DNA of 64,000 nucleotides from a phage, in sequence record PZ452612.1; one strand, 5' to 3'. Positions 46,128 to 58,158 of the stretch are shown one piece after another. A program made the position numbers and the translations under genes. Each line of letters opens with the position of its first letter. Position 1 is the first letter of the stretch. The notes beneath the pieces were generated by a model. That model searched no databases and was not told where the DNA came from. It was given only the letters and a program-made list of their open reading frames with translations.

Positions 46128-47860
46128 TGGAAATGATTAGCAGTAGCCTTAATTGGTTCGTGGGTGTTGTCGAGGACAGAATGGACCCATTAAAACAAGG
46201 GCGAGTTCGAGTTCGAGTCGTTGGTCTTCATCCAGCACAGAGAGCACAAGGTGATGTACAAGGTATTCCTACAGAAAAACTTCCATGGATGACTGTTATT
46301 CAACCTATTACGTCTGCATCAATGTCAGGTATTGGTGGTTCTGTTACAGGTCCTGTTGAAGGAACTCGAGTATATGGTCATTTCTTAGACAAATGGAAAA
46401 CAAACGGGATTGTACTTGGTACATACGGCGGAATCGTACGTGAAAAGCCTAATAGACTTGAAGGTTTTTCAGACCCGACAGGCCAGTATCCGCGACGTTT
46501 AGGTAATGATACGAACGTATTAAACCAAGGTGGTGAAGCTGGTTATTATTCAAACTCTAACGTAATTCAAGATAACAACTTGGATTATGGTATAAACCCG
46601 GATGATACAGATTTAGCAAATATTCCGGAAGATGATGACCCTAATTTTACAATAACAGAAATGTTACGTCGTGACGAAGGTCTTCGTGATAAAGTGTATT
46701 GGGACCATCTCGGATATCCTACCGTAGGTATTGGACACCTTATAGTAATGGAAAAAACCCGAGATATGTCTAGAATTAATAAATTGTTATCCGATCAAGT
46801 AGGGCGTGAAGTAACAGGAAATCCTGGGACTATTACATTAGAAGAAGCAACAGCGTTATTTGAGAAAGACCTTGCTAAGATGCAGAAAGACATTCGTTCT
46901 AATTCTAAAGTAGGTCCTGTTTATGCTAAAATGAACAGATCTCGCCAAATGGCATTAGAAAACATGTGCTTCCAAATGGGCGTTGGTGGTGTAGCAAAAT
47001 TCAATACTATGCTTAAAGCAATGGCCGAAGGCGATTGGAAAACTGCATACAAATCTGGACGCGATTCATTATGGTTCCAACAGACTAAAGGGCGTGCTTC
47101 ACGTGTAACAACAATTATTTTAACCGGTAACATGGAATCATACGGTGTTCCTGTTAAAACACCGCCTTCACCAGGAGTTGGTGCTGATTTAGTTACTAGA
47201 AATACCGATCCGGAAGACCCTGCTGGTCCTCCTGTTCCATTAGATTCACGTATCCTTTTTAAAGAACCTGAATCAAGTTATCGTGGTGAGTATCCATACG
47301 TTCATGCTATGGAAACAGAAAGTGGTCATATCCAAGAGTTTGACGATACTCCAGGTAATGAACGTTATCGCTTAGTTCATCCAACAGGGTCATATGAGGA
47401 AGTTTCTCCGTCTGGGCGTCGTACTCGTAAAACTGTAGAAGACCTTTTTGACATCACTAATGGTGATGGGAACTTCTTGATTTCTGGCGATAAGCTTGTT
47501 AACGTTGGTGCTAATGAAATATATTATAACATGGCAGACCGCCTCCATCAAATAGACGGCAATGACACAATCTTTATTCGTGGTAACCAATCTAAAACTG
47601 TTGAAGGCGATGGAACTCTTTACGTTAAGGGTAATATCAAAATAGTTGTTGACGGAAATGCAGATATTCTTGTTAAAGGTGATGCTAAAACTCAGGTCGA
47701 AGGGAATCATGATTACACCGTCAACGGAAACGTTAAATGGACTGTTAATGGTAATGTTGATATGACTGTTGCCGGTGATTGGGCAGAAAGAATGTCTACA
47801 ATGAGCTCAGTAGCTTCAGGACAATACACTGTTGACGGATCTCGTATTGATATTGGGTAA
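46127..47860 (+). CDS. 5: Baseplate hub and tail lysozyme gp5
   Basis: N-terminal OB-fold region, a central lysozyme domain (ITEMLRRDEGLRDKVYWDHLGYPTVGIGHL) and C-terminal VxGxxxxxV beta-helix repeats; 577 aa. Confidence 0.95.
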   Translation: MEMISSSLNWFVGVVEDRMDPLKQGRVRVRVVGLHPAQRAQGDVQGIPTEKLPWMTVIQPITSASMSGIGGSVTGPVEGTRVYGHFLDKWKTNGIVLGTYGGIVREKPNRLEGFSDPTGQYPRRLGNDTNVLNQGGEAGYYSNSNVIQDNNLDYGINPDDTDLANIPEDDDPNFTITEMLRRDEGLRDKVYWDHLGYPTVGIGHLIVMEKTRDMSRINKLLSDQVGREVTGNPGTITLEEATALFEKDLAKMQKDIRSNSKVGPVYAKMNRSRQMALENMCFQMGVGGVAKFNTMLKAMAEGDWKTAYKSGRDSLWFQQTKGRASRVTTIILTGNMESYGVPVKTPPSPGVGADLVTRNTDPEDPAGPPVPLDSRILFKEPESSYRGEYPYVHAMETESGHIQEFDDTPGNERYRLVHPTGSYEEVSPSGRRTRKTVEDLFDITNGDGNFLISGDKLVNVGANEIYYNMADRLHQIDGNDTIFIRGNQSKTVEGDGTLYVKGNIKIVVDGNADILVKGDAKTQVEGNHDYTVNGNVKWTVNGNVDMTVAGDWAERMSTMSSVASGQYTVDGSRIDIG

Positions 47861-47863
47861 TAT

Positions 47864-48379
47864 ATGGCACAAATACTTCCTTTAAATACCGACTTAGGAG
47901 AAGACATGGAAGGGGCGTCTATTGACGTCCTTTTTACTCCACAGTTAGAAACAACCGAAACTTTAGTGTCAATAAATATAACAGATTATGAACCGACACA
48001 AGGCATTACGGTAGACGGCAATCGTTTATATGGAACATATGAAAGTGTGTTTAGCTTTTCTTCGGATGCATTGAAATACCGATTAAATGATGATTTTGAA
48101 ACAGCATCTTCATGGGATGATTTACCAAAAGATGAATCCACACAGTTATATTTGTGGAGAGCTCCTCAGAATCTTCGTAAAGTGTTTAGTTATACGGTTG
48201 AAATGATTTATAACTACCAAGAAGAAAGTTCATCAGGCGGTTCTAGAAGTGACTCTGGTACAGAACCTCCACCGGCTCCAGTACAAAAAACTCTTACTAA
48301 GGTTTATACAAAAACTATAGTAGGAAATTGGAGCAAATGGGCTCATCAATTACGAAACTATGTTTATGTGAGGCCGTGA
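47864..48379 (+). CDS. 5.1: Hypothetical protein gp5.1 (by position)
   Basis: 171 aa ORF between 5 and 5.4. Confidence 0.5.
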   Translation: MAQILPLNTDLGEDMEGASIDVLFTPQLETTETLVSINITDYEPTQGITVDGNRLYGTYESVFSFSSDALKYRLNDDFETASSWDDLPKDESTQLYLWRAPQNLRKVFSYTVEMIYNYQEESSSGGSRSDSGTEPPPAPVQKTLTKVYTKTIVGNWSKWAHQLRNYVYVRP

Positions 48380-48381
48380 AA

Positions 48382-48675
48382 ATGTCTGGCTTAAGTTACG
48401 ACAAGTGCGTTACAACAGGTCATGAAGCATGGCCTCCTACTGTAATAAATGCTTCCCAATCTAAAGTATTCACCGGCGGTATTCCTGTTCTTGTAGCAGG
48501 AGACCAAATAACACCTCATACAGAAATTAAAAAACCATACGAGACTCATGGAGGTGTTACTGAACCTCGTACATCTAAAGTATACGTCACCGGTAAAAAG
48601 GCCGTTCAAATGGCTGACCCAATTTCATGCGGGGATACTGTTTCTCAGGCCTCGTCAAAAGTCTTTATAAAATAG
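48382..48675 (+). CDS. 5.4: PAAR-repeat spike-tip protein gp5.4
   Basis: Internal start [14 protein letters not shown]...; 97 aa with conserved Cys/His, size and position as T4 gp5.4. Confidence 0.6.
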   Translation: MSGLSYDKCVTTGHEAWPPTVINASQSKVFTGGIPVLVAGDQITPHTEIKKPYETHGGVTEPRTSKVYVTGKKAVQMADPISCGDTVSQASSKVFIK

Positions 48676-48683
48676 GAATTAAA

Positions 48684-50657
48684 ATGGCAAACACTCCTGT
48701 AAATTATCAATTAACCCGAACAGCGAATGCTATTCCCGAGATTTTTATCGGGGGCACATTTGCCGAAATCAAACAGAACATTATCGAATGGCTCCATGGA
48801 CAGAATGAATTTCTTGACTATGATTTTGAAGGTTCACGCTTAAACGTATTGTGCGACCTTTTAGCATATAACACTCTTTACATCCAACAGTTCAGTAATA
48901 GTGCAGTGTATGAAAGTTTTATGCGCACTGCAAACTTGCGTAGCTCTGTTGTACAAGCGGCTCAAGATAACGGATATCTGCCTTCATCTAAATCAGCAGC
49001 ACAAACAGAAATTATGCTCACATGTACGGATGCGTTAAATAGAAACTATATCACCATTCCACGTGGCACTCGTTTCTTAGCATATGCTAAAGATACTTCT
49101 GTTAACCCATATAACTTTGTTTCTACTGAAGATGTCATTGTAGTTAAAGACAAAAATAACCAATATTTCCCACGTCTTAGATTAGCTCAGGGACGTATTG
49201 TTCGTACTGAATTAACATTTGATAAATTAAAACCTATCATTATTCGTGATAAGAACATTGACCGTAATTTAGTTAAGTTGTACGTTGATGGAGCAGAATG
49301 GATTAACTGGACTCGTAAGTCGATGGTTCACGCTGGTTCTACGTCAACAATCTATTATATGCGTGAAACAGTTGATGGGAACACCGAATTTTATTTTGGT
49401 GAAGGCGAAATCTCTATTAACACATCAGAAGGTGCGTTAACATCCAACTATATTGGTGGCCTTAAACCTGTTCAGGGTTCTAAAATCGTAATTGAGTATA
49501 TTTCTACTAATGGCGCAGATGCTAACGGTGCTGTAGGATTTTCTTATGCTGATACATTAGCTAATATCACGGTAATCGATATTAATGAGAACCCTAGCAA
49601 TAACCCAGACTTTGTCGGGGCCGATGGCGGCGGCGACCCTGAAGATATTGAACGTATTCGAGAATTAGGCACAATTAAACGCGAAACTCAACAACGTTGT
49701 GTAACCGCTTCCGACTATGACACATTCGTCTCTGAGCGGTTTGGTTCTATTATTCAAGCAGTTCAAACATTCACAGATTCGTCTAAACCTGGGTATGCAT
49801 ACATTGCTGCTAAGCCTAAATCTGGATTGTATTTGACTTCTGTCCAACGTGATGATATCAAAAACTATTTGAATGATTATAACTTAGGGACTATTACACC
49901 TGTTGTTATTTCGCCTGATTATTTGTTTATCAAAATGAATATCAAAGTTACGTACGCGTTGAATAAACTCCAAGAATCAGAACAATATCTTGAAGGGCAA
50001 ATTATTAATAAAATTGACCGATATTATATTGAAGATGTAGAAATTTTTAACTCATCGTTTGCAAAATCTAAAATGCTAACTTATGTCGATGATGCAGATA
50101 TTTCTATTATTGGTTCTTCAGCTACTATTCAAATGGTTCGCGAAGTACAGAACTTTTATAAAACGCCTGAGGCCGGTATTAAATACAATAATCAGATTAA
50201 AGATAGATCGATGGAATCTAATATATTCTCGTTTGATTCGCACAGACCTAATCCAGAAAATGCAAACGAAACTATTAAATACGGTGTTCGCATAGTATCT
50301 TCTGACCGTAATGACCGTGGCATAGGTCAAGTTATTATTGGTCCATTTGCAGATGGCGATGTTGTTGAAAACGAAAATATACAACCTTATACAGGTAATG
50401 ATTTTAATAAACTTACTGTTACTGACGGACGAAACAAATACTATTCAATTGGTGAGGTGAATTATCCTGCCGATTCGATTTATTGGAACATTGCTAAAAT
50501 TGACCTCACTTCAGACCGTTTTGAAGTTCAGACAATTGAACTTTATTCCGACCCTGCAGATGATATTATTTTTACAAAGGATGGTTCTTTAATCGTATTC
50601 GAAAATGACTTACGTCCTCAGTACTTAACTATAGATTTGGAGCCTATTTCACAATGA
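48684..50657 (+). CDS. 6: Baseplate wedge protein gp6
   Basis: MANTPVNYQLTRTANAIPEIFIGGTFAEIKQNIIEWL... matches T4 gp6 as recalled. Confidence 0.9.
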   Translation: MANTPVNYQLTRTANAIPEIFIGGTFAEIKQNIIEWLHGQNEFLDYDFEGSRLNVLCDLLAYNTLYIQQFSNSAVYESFMRTANLRSSVVQAAQDNGYLPSSKSAAQTEIMLTCTDALNRNYITIPRGTRFLAYAKDTSVNPYNFVSTEDVIVVKDKNNQYFPRLRLAQGRIVRTELTFDKLKPIIIRDKNIDRNLVKLYVDGAEWINWTRKSMVHAGSTSTIYYMRETVDGNTEFYFGEGEISINTSEGALTSNYIGGLKPVQGSKIVIEYISTNGADANGAVGFSYADTLANITVIDINENPSNNPDFVGADGGGDPEDIERIRELGTIKRETQQRCVTASDYDTFVSERFGSIIQAVQTFTDSSKPGYAYIAAKPKSGLYLTSVQRDDIKNYLNDYNLGTITPVVISPDYLFIKMNIKVTYALNKLQESEQYLEGQIINKIDRYYIEDVEIFNSSFAKSKMLTYVDDADISIIGSSATIQMVREVQNFYKTPEAGIKYNNQIKDRSMESNIFSFDSHRPNPENANETIKYGVRIVSSDRNDRGIGQVIIGPFADGDVVENENIQPYTGNDFNKLTVTDGRNKYYSIGEVNYPADSIYWNIAKIDLTSDRFEVQTIELYSDPADDIIFTKDGSLIVFENDLRPQYLTIDLEPISQ

Positions 50658-53600
50658 CAGTAAAAGCGCCAGCAGTCACAAGTCTCAGAATATCCAAGTT
50701 GTCCGCTAACCAAGTTCAAATACGCTGGGATGACGTTGGTGCTAATTTCTACTATTTCGTAGAAATCGCTGAGACTAAAACGGCAGACGGGGAAATAATT
50801 CCCCCTGCCAGCTACAGATGGATAAATTTAGGATATACCCCTAATAACAACTGGTTCGAAAGTAGCTTAGACCCATTAACTTCTTATATTATTCGTGTAT
50901 CAACTGCCGCTGAAGGCTTCGAGAGATCTGATTGGGTATATACCGAAATATTTGAATCATTTCAGACTAACGCGTATACATTTCAACATATGATTGAAAT
51001 GCAATTGGCTAACACTTTTATTAGAGAAAAATTTACAAATAACAACATGGCTTATGTCGATTTTAATAACGACACTATAATGGCAGCTCTAATGAATGAA
51101 TCGTTCCAATTTAGCCCTGCTTATGCAGATATTTCATCTATTAAAAATTTCATTATTGGCGAAAATGAGTATCATGAAATTCAAGGTTCGATTCAACAGG
51201 TGTGTCATGATATAAACCGTGTTTATTTGATGGAATCCGAAGGAATTCTTTATTTGTTTGAACGGTATCAGCCTGTGGTTAAAGTCTCTAATGATAAGGG
51301 ACAAACCTGGAAATCGGTTAAATTGTTTAATGACCGTGTAGGGTACCCTGTATCAAGAACAGTGTATTACCAGACAGATTACACCACGTATGTTCTTGGG
51401 TATGATAAATTATTTTACGGCCGTAAATCAACTGACGTTCGTTGGTCTGCTGATGATGTGAGATTTAGTTCTCAAGATATAACATTTGCTAAAATTGGTG
51501 ACCAGTTAAATTTAGGATTTGATGTAGAAATATTTGGTAACTACGCATCATTACCTGCTAACGTGTCACGTATTGCAGAAGCTATCGTTTGCAATGACGA
51601 TTATGTGTACGTCGCTGCTCGAGATAAAGTTCGTTTTATTAAAACTAGTAATGCCCCTATCGATTCAGACCCGTTATCTCCGACGTATTCCGAACGTTTG
51701 TTTGAACAAGAAACATTTAACATCACAGGTAACCCTAAGGCAGTTTGTTATAAAATGGATTCTGTCGGCGGTAAAATATTTGCACTGATTATCGGTGAAG
51801 TTGTTAATCTTAATGACGACCCGAGGACCACTCCTATTGTTGATTCTGCTGATAAGGGTATTTACGTTCTAGACCATGATGCTGGCACATTTAAACGTGT
51901 GTTTGGTAATACTGAAGAAGAACGCCGTCGTATTGAACCTGGGTACACCAGTATGTCTACTGATGGTGTTGAGTTATCTATTTCATCTAGTAATTTTAAA
52001 TTTCTAGAATCGGATATTGTTGATGACCCAAAAACGCAAATCAAGTACGGTTTAATCGGTGCTGTTAAATATGAGTATCCTCGCGAATGGTTGGCTGATA
52101 AACATTATCATATGATGGCATTTATTTCAACTGAAGACTCTCAATGGGAATCGTTCACTCCTCAACCGATGGAATACTATGCTGAGCCATTCTTTAGTTA
52201 TTCTAGAAAGTCTGGTACTCGTTGTTGGATTAATAACTCAGACAAGGCCGTTGTAATTTATTCTGATTTACTTTACACTAAGGTTATTGAGAATCATCCA
52301 CTTAGTTCTTCAGACCGTGAAGTTCATGAATATTGGAAGGACGGTGACTGTACAATAGTGATGCCTAACGTGGATTTCACCGGATTTAAAAAATATGCAT
52401 CCGGCATGATTTTCTATAAATCATCAGGTGAGATTATTTCTTATTATGATTTTAGTTATCGTGTTAGAGATAATGTTTCTATAATTTGGAAGCCTACTAA
52501 TATATTCTTAACAGCATCATTACAAAACCAAGAAAAAGATACCACATGGACTCCTGTAGAAGAGAATGGTATTGCAGACCCAGATTTACGTCCATTGCTC
52601 ACTACAATGATGCCGGAGTCTTATCTTTTAGATAATACAAACTTTGAAGCGTTCTGCGAGGCTTATATTCAGTATCTTTCTGACGGTTATGGGACCCATT
52701 ATAACAACCTTTTGAATCTTATTAAAAATCAATATCCGCGCGAAGAACATGCGTGGGAATACTTATGGTCTGAGATTTATAAACGAAACATTTACTTAAA
52801 CGCCGAAAAACGCGATTTAGTGTCTCGTTTCTTTGAATCAAGAAGTTATGACTTCTATTCAACTAAAGGAACTGAAGCATCATATAAATTCTTGTTTAAA
52901 GTGCTTTATAACGAAGATGTTGAAATTGAAATTGAATCTAGTTCCGGGACCGAATATGATATCATCATTGAATCTGATTCGTTGACAGAAGATTTGGTCG
53001 GACAAACCATATACACCGCTACAGGACGTTGTAATGTGACGTATATCGAGAGAAGTTACTCTAAAGGTAAATTACAATGGACTGTAACAATTCACAACCT
53101 CTTAGGTCGTTTAATCCAAGGACAGGAAGTTAAAGCTGAAAGACTCCCTGGTTTTGAAGGTGAAATTGTTCGTGGTATTAAAGGTAAAGAGCTTTCTCAG
53201 AACAACATCGATTACATAAATCGTGGTAGAGCATACTACGTAATGAAGATTAAATCTAAACTTCCGTCATCTCGTTGGAAATCAGACGTATTACGTTTTG
53301 TTCATCCGGTTGGATTTGGATTTATCGCAATTACCCTTCTCACAATGTTTATTAACACCGGATTAACACTTAAACATGTTGAAACCATTATTAATAAATA
53401 CAAAAACTATAAGTGGGATTCTGGATTACCGACTAAATATGCAGACCGAGTGGCTAAATTAGACCCACAAGGAAATGTTGAGTTTGACCCTATTACAGGT
53501 AAAGCGATATATGAAATAGGCCCTATGGCTGGTCAAGATTATCCATTGCCTGAAGATTATAACGCTGAAAACAATAACTCCATATTTCAAGGTCAACTTC

Positions 53601-53752
53601 CATCGGAACGACGTAAACTGATGAGCCCATTATTTGATGCGTCCGGAACAACATTCTCTAGATTTAGAGATTTGGTTGAACAACGGTTAATCGATAATGT
53701 AGGAAATCCAAGAGACCCCGTGAATCCACCACAGGTTAAATTAGATGAATGA
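50654..53752 (+). CDS. 7: Baseplate wedge protein gp7
   Basis: 1032 aa, same length as T4 gp7; syntenic. Confidence 0.9.
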   Translation: MTVKAPAVTSLRISKLSANQVQIRWDDVGANFYYFVEIAETKTADGEIIPPASYRWINLGYTPNNNWFESSLDPLTSYIIRVSTAAEGFERSDWVYTEIFESFQTNAYTFQHMIEMQLANTFIREKFTNNNMAYVDFNNDTIMAALMNESFQFSPAYADISSIKNFIIGENEYHEIQGSIQQVCHDINRVYLMESEGILYLFERYQPVVKVSNDKGQTWKSVKLFNDRVGYPVSRTVYYQTDYTTYVLGYDKLFYGRKSTDVRWSADDVRFSSQDITFAKIGDQLNLGFDVEIFGNYASLPANVSRIAEAIVCNDDYVYVAARDKVRFIKTSNAPIDSDPLSPTYSERLFEQETFNITGNPKAVCYKMDSVGGKIFALIIGEVVNLNDDPRTTPIVDSADKGIYVLDHDAGTFKRVFGNTEEERRRIEPGYTSMSTDGVELSISSSNFKFLESDIVDDPKTQIKYGLIGAVKYEYPREWLADKHYHMMAFISTEDSQWESFTPQPMEYYAEPFFSYSRKSGTRCWINNSDKAVVIYSDLLYTKVIENHPLSSSDREVHEYWKDGDCTIVMPNVDFTGFKKYASGMIFYKSSGEIISYYDFSYRVRDNVSIIWKPTNIFLTASLQNQEKDTTWTPVEENGIADPDLRPLLTTMMPESYLLDNTNFEAFCEAYIQYLSDGYGTHYNNLLNLIKNQYPREEHAWEYLWSEIYKRNIYLNAEKRDLVSRFFESRSYDFYSTKGTEASYKFLFKVLYNEDVEIEIESSSGTEYDIIIESDSLTEDLVGQTIYTATGRCNVTYIERSYSKGKLQWTVTIHNLLGRLIQGQEVKAERLPGFEGEIVRGIKGKELSQNNIDYINRGRAYYVMKIKSKLPSSRWKSDVLRFVHPVGFGFIAITLLTMFINTGLTLKHVETIINKYKNYKWDSGLPTKYADRVAKLDPQGNVEFDPITGKAIYEIGPMAGQDYPLPEDYNAENNNSIFQGQLPSERRKLMSPLFDASGTTFSRFRDLVEQRLIDNVGNPRDPVNPPQVKLDE

Positions 53753-54749
53753 TTCAAGTGTTATCTATCGTGCAATAGTTACATCAAAATTTAGAACAGA
53801 GAAAATGCTGAATTTTTATAATTCAGTTGGGGATGGAGATGATAAGAACTCCATTTATATTACGTTTGGACGTTCAGAGCCTTGGGCGTCAAATGAAAAT
53901 GAGGTGGGCTTCGCCCCACCTTATCCTACAGATTCTGTTCTTGGTGTTACTGATATGTGGACCCATATGATGGGTACCGTTAAAGTTTTACCTTCAATGT
54001 TAGATTCTGTTATTCCTAGACGTGATTGGGGAGATGTGCGATATCCAGACCCTTACACGTTTAGAATTAACGATATAGTCGCATGTAATACTGCTCCGTA
54101 CAACGCGACAGAAGTTGGAGCTGGTTGGTTAATTTACCGTTGTTTAGATGTCCCTGACGTAGGGCTCTGTTCAATAGAATCTTTAGATAATAAAGATGAA
54201 TGTCTTAAATTAGGTGGTAAATGGACTCCGTCTGTTCGTTCTATGTCTCCTCCTGAAGGCAGAGGCGATGCTAATGGGGTCATCGAAACAGGTGATGGAT
54301 ATATTTGGGAATATCTTTATGAGATTCCTGCTGATGTGTCAATTAACCGTTGCACTAACGAATATCTTGTAGTTCCATGGCCGGAAGAAATTAAAGAAGA
54401 CCCCACCCGTTGGGGATATGAAAATAACTTAACTTGGCAACAAGATGACTACGGTTTGATTTACCGTGTTAAAGCTAATACGATGCGGTTTAAAGCATAT
54501 TTTGATTCTGTTTATTTCCCTGAGGCAGCTTTGCCTGGTAACAAGGGTTTTAGACAGATATCAATTATCGCAAACCCGTTAGAAGCTAAGAAAAATCCAA
54601 ATGACCCTAATGTTAAAGCAGAAAAGGATTATTACGACCCTAGAGACCTGCAACGTCATTCCGGTGAAATGATTTATATGGAAAACCGACCACCTGTTAT
54701 TATGGCAATGGACCAAACAGAAGAAATTAACATTTTGTTTATGTTTTAA
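53745..54749 (+). CDS. 8: Baseplate wedge protein gp8
   Basis: 334 aa, as T4 gp8; syntenic. Confidence 0.9.
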   Translation: MNDSSVIYRAIVTSKFRTEKMLNFYNSVGDGDDKNSIYITFGRSEPWASNENEVGFAPPYPTDSVLGVTDMWTHMMGTVKVLPSMLDSVIPRRDWGDVRYPDPYTFRINDIVACNTAPYNATEVGAGWLIYRCLDVPDVGLCSIESLDNKDECLKLGGKWTPSVRSMSPPEGRGDANGVIETGDGYIWEYLYEIPADVSINRCTNEYLVVPWPEEIKEDPTRWGYENNLTWQQDDYGLIYRVKANTMRFKAYFDSVYFPEAALPGNKGFRQISIIANPLEAKKNPNDPNVKAEKDYYDPRDLQRHSGEMIYMENRPPVIMAMDQTEEINILFMF

Positions 54750-54752
54750 TTA

Positions 54753-54777
54753 GGGAGCCTTCGGGCTCCCATTTTTG
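54753..54777 (+). terminator. Rho-independent terminator (GGGAGCC-UUCG-GGCUCCC followed by AUUUUUG) after gene 8
   Basis: Perfect 7-bp GC-rich stem, UUCG loop and U-tract, 3 nt after the gp8 stop. Confidence 0.65.
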
Positions 54778-54781
54778 TATC

Positions 54782-54789
54782 TATAAATA
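54782..54789 (+). promoter_or_regulatory. Late promoter TATAAATA for gene 9
   Basis: Exact TATAAATA 32 nt upstream of the gp9 ATG, just after the terminator. Confidence 0.6.
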
Positions 54790-54821
54790 GAATATAATAT
54801 CGGACAACAAAAGGCAGAATT

Positions 54822-55694
54822 ATGGCATTTTTTAAGCAAACTCCTAAACAATTAATCGATACCGGCGAAATTGGTAATGCCTCAACAGGTGATATCTTAT
54901 TCGACGGTGGTAATAAAATAAATGACGATATCAACGCTATTTACAATGCATTTGGCGATCAACGTAAAATGGCCGTAGCAGATGGAACCGGACCTACAGG
55001 TCAAACTATTCATGCCACAGGTTATTATCAAAAAGGAAAGGCAGCCGATTATCAAACTCCTATTAAACCCGGCACCATGCATGATATTGATGCTTCTGAT
55101 GGCGGTGTGATTGTTATTATTGACCGTCCTGAATTAGGTGACTCTGTAGAATTCATAAACTCTAATGGGTCTATTTCTGTTAACAATCCTTTAAGTATCC
55201 AAGTAACTGATGGTTCGATTAAAGGTGTTCTTAATAATCTTGTTATTTCCACCCCTTATACCCATGTTGTTCTTCGTTGTGTTGAACTTAATGGGCCAAC
55301 TTCAGTATGGAATTATTCTACTGATAGCATGTTTGGGCAGAAAGAATCTCCTGTCGATGGGACTTGGAGTCTTACAGGAAACACAGTTTCTATTCCTCTG
55401 TTTTATCGCACGGATTATAACATGGCCAAATTGCTTGTTACATGCCAATCCGCCGACGGTAGAAAAATAAAAACATGCGAAATAAATATTCTAATAGATA
55501 CAATTAACTCAGAAGTTCTTTCTACCGAATTTGCAGTAATGCGAGTTGGTAATGTAGATGAAACCGACGAGATTGCTAATATTAGCTTTAGTATTATTAA
55601 CAACTTTGCTACTATGACGATTACATCCGATATTATTGGATTACGTTCGGCAGTTAAAATTATCTCAACTCAGAAAATTGGGGTCGCTCAATAA
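54822..55694 (+). CDS. 9: Baseplate wedge / long tail fiber socket protein gp9
   Basis: ...QLIDTGEIGNASTGDILFDGGNKINDDINAIYNAFGDQRKMAV... matches T4 gp9 as recalled. Confidence 0.9.
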   Translation: MAFFKQTPKQLIDTGEIGNASTGDILFDGGNKINDDINAIYNAFGDQRKMAVADGTGPTGQTIHATGYYQKGKAADYQTPIKPGTMHDIDASDGGVIVIIDRPELGDSVEFINSNGSISVNNPLSIQVTDGSIKGVLNNLVISTPYTHVVLRCVELNGPTSVWNYSTDSMFGQKESPVDGTWSLTGNTVSIPLFYRTDYNMAKLLVTCQSADGRKIKTCEINILIDTINSEVLSTEFAVMRVGNVDETDEIANISFSIINNFATMTITSDIIGLRSAVKIISTQKIGVAQ

Positions 55695-57499
55695 TGAAAC
55701 AAAATATTAAAATTGGTAACGTCGTTGATGACGGACAAGGCGATTACCTTCGTCGAGGTGGTGAAAAAATAAATGAGAACTTTGACGAAATCTATTATGA
55801 ATTAGGTGATGGTGAAGTTCCTTATGCAGCTGGTGCATGGAAGACTTATGATGCGGCTGATGGTCTTAATCTTAAGGCTGCTTGGGGTAAATCTTATGCA
55901 ATTAATACTACTTCTGGGCGAGTTTCGGTAAATCTTCCTAAAGGGACAATTGCAGACTATAATAAAGTTATTCGTGCTCGTGACGTATTTGCAACTTGGA
56001 ACATTAACCCTGTTACTTTAATTCCGGCAAACGGAGACACGATTAAAGGTTCTTCATCTCCGGTAGAAATTAACGTTCAGTTCTCTGATTTAGAATTAGT
56101 TTATTGTGCTCCTGGACGTTGGGAATACATCAAGAACAAACAAATTGATAAAATAGTTAGCTCTGACATTAGTAATGTTGCTCGTAGAGAATATCTTGTT
56201 GAAACCCAAGGTCAGACCGATTTCATGGATGTTTTTAACGGGACCTCTTATAACGTTAACAACATTCGCGTAAAACATCGTGGCAACGAATTGTATTATG
56301 GTGATGTATTCAGTGATAATAGTGATTTTGGTTCTCCGGGCGCTAATCCTGGTGAACTGGTTGCACTCGATGGATTTAATATTAGATTACGCCAACCATG
56401 TAATGTTGGGGACACTGTACAAATTGAGACATTCCTAGACGGTGTTTCTCAGTGGCGTAGTTCATATACTCGTCGCCAAGTTCGCATTTTAGATAGTAAA
56501 TTGACTGCTAAAAAGTCTATTGACGGAAGTATTTACGTCACTGATTTGAGTACGTTCAGGTCTATTCCATTTACAGCATTTGGTATTAATCCTACGGAAC
56601 CACCTAACCCGAATTCATTAGAAGTTCGCTTCAATGGTATTCTCCAAGAATTAGCTGGTACTGTTGGAACTCCTATTTTCCGTTGTGAAGGTGTGGATGC
56701 TGATTCTGAAGAGTCATGCGCTAATCTCGGTGGGACATGGACTCAATCGTATACAGATTATGCGATTGAATATACTGATAATATCCCTAGCGCAATTCTG
56801 TTTGACCGTCAATTTGAAGACCAAGACATTATTACCATAACATGGTTTAATAACGATTTAGGAACTCTTCTTGAAATGGAAGAAATTCTTGATGTCGCTG
56901 ATGAGAAATATGTTTCTCAAGGGTCTAACATTGAAATTACTGGTGACGTTGCATTAACCGATTTCGATAAAATTGGATGGCCTAATGTAGAACCTGTTCC
57001 TAAGTATGAACGTGAATTCTCGACTATCTCAGCAATATTTGACACAATTTATCCTGTTGGGACTATTTACGAAAATGCTGTTAACCCTAATAATCCGGCC
57101 ACTTATTTAGGTTTTGGTTCATGGAAAATTTGGGGGCAAGGCAAAGTATTAGCAGGTTGGAATGACGACGCGTCGGATCCTAATTTTGCATTAAATAATA
57201 ATGACCTTGACGTCAATGGTAACCCTACTCATACCGCAGGTGGTACCGTTGGTGTAACAACCATCACATTAGAAAATGCTGATTTACCGGCTACACAAAC
57301 CGATGAAAAGGTTCTTATTTCTGATGATAATGGTACAGTAATTATAGGCGGCTGCCAATATGACCCGGATGAAGAAGGTCCTATTTACACTAAATATCGT
57401 GAAGACCATGCAAAGACTAATGGATCTCATGTTCCAGCGCGTTCTATAACTAATATTCAGCCATCTATAACTGTATACCGTTGGGTAAGGATTGCATAA
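55694..57499 (+). CDS. 10: Baseplate wedge / tail pin protein gp10
   Basis: 601 aa, syntenic, size as T4 gp10. Confidence 0.9.
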   Translation: MKQNIKIGNVVDDGQGDYLRRGGEKINENFDEIYYELGDGEVPYAAGAWKTYDAADGLNLKAAWGKSYAINTTSGRVSVNLPKGTIADYNKVIRARDVFATWNINPVTLIPANGDTIKGSSSPVEINVQFSDLELVYCAPGRWEYIKNKQIDKIVSSDISNVARREYLVETQGQTDFMDVFNGTSYNVNNIRVKHRGNELYYGDVFSDNSDFGSPGANPGELVALDGFNIRLRQPCNVGDTVQIETFLDGVSQWRSSYTRRQVRILDSKLTAKKSIDGSIYVTDLSTFRSIPFTAFGINPTEPPNPNSLEVRFNGILQELAGTVGTPIFRCEGVDADSEESCANLGGTWTQSYTDYAIEYTDNIPSAILFDRQFEDQDIITITWFNNDLGTLLEMEEILDVADEKYVSQGSNIEITGDVALTDFDKIGWPNVEPVPKYEREFSTISAIFDTIYPVGTIYENAVNPNNPATYLGFGSWKIWGQGKVLAGWNDDASDPNFALNNNDLDVNGNPTHTAGGTVGVTTITLENADLPATQTDEKVLISDDNGTVIIGGCQYDPDEEGPIYTKYREDHAKTNGSHVPARSITNIQPSITVYRWVRIA

Positions 57500-58158
57500 T
57501 GACTGTACTTAATACAAAGGCGGGAGTTATTTCCCGTCATGCTGATTTTTTGAATTACAGAAAAAATCCAGATCAAATTGATGTTTTAAACAACCAAGCT
57601 GTAGGTTCCGTGACTATTTCTCAGTTAGCTCGCGGTTTTTATGATGCTAACGTAGAATCTGCAATAAATGATGTCCATAATATGGCACGAGCTGATATTG
57701 GTACTGTTGTCACAAACACTTCAGGCGTATCGCCTGAAGGTACAGCACAAGTTGATTATTGGACTTTTTCTGGTGATGTTCTCGACGATACTTTGGCCCC
57801 TGGAACGCCGGTCGTTATTAACGTATTTGGACTTGCTGTTAAAGCAACAATCGGTATGACTGATAACGAATTAACGGCACAAGTTCGTATAGCTTTACAA
57901 GAAGCCATTGCTAATCAAATCGCTATTTCTTCTTATAAAGACCATCCGTCCGAAGGTAATAAACTTCAGGTGACATATTTAGATAACCAACGTCATGTGT
58001 TGCCAACATATGCTTCGTTTGGTGTAACAATTTCGCAAGAAATTTTGTCTGAAGCAAAATCCGGATACGGAACATGGAATTTACTGGGTGCCCAAACGGT
58101 TACTCTTGATAACCATAATACTCCTACCGTTTTCTACCACTTTGTGAGAGCCTCATGA
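57499..58158 (+). CDS. 11: Baseplate wedge / short tail fiber attachment protein gp11
   Basis: Start at the [21 protein letters not shown]...; matches T4 gp11 as recalled. The track ORF begins at an upstream non-ATG codon. Confidence 0.9.
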   Translation: MTVLNTKAGVISRHADFLNYRKNPDQIDVLNNQAVGSVTISQLARGFYDANVESAINDVHNMARADIGTVVTNTSGVSPEGTAQVDYWTFSGDVLDDTLAPGTPVVINVFGLAVKATIGMTDNELTAQVRIALQEAIANQIAISSYKDHPSEGNKLQVTYLDNQRHVLPTYASFGVTISQEILSEAKSGYGTWNLLGAQTVTLDNHNTPTVFYHFVRAS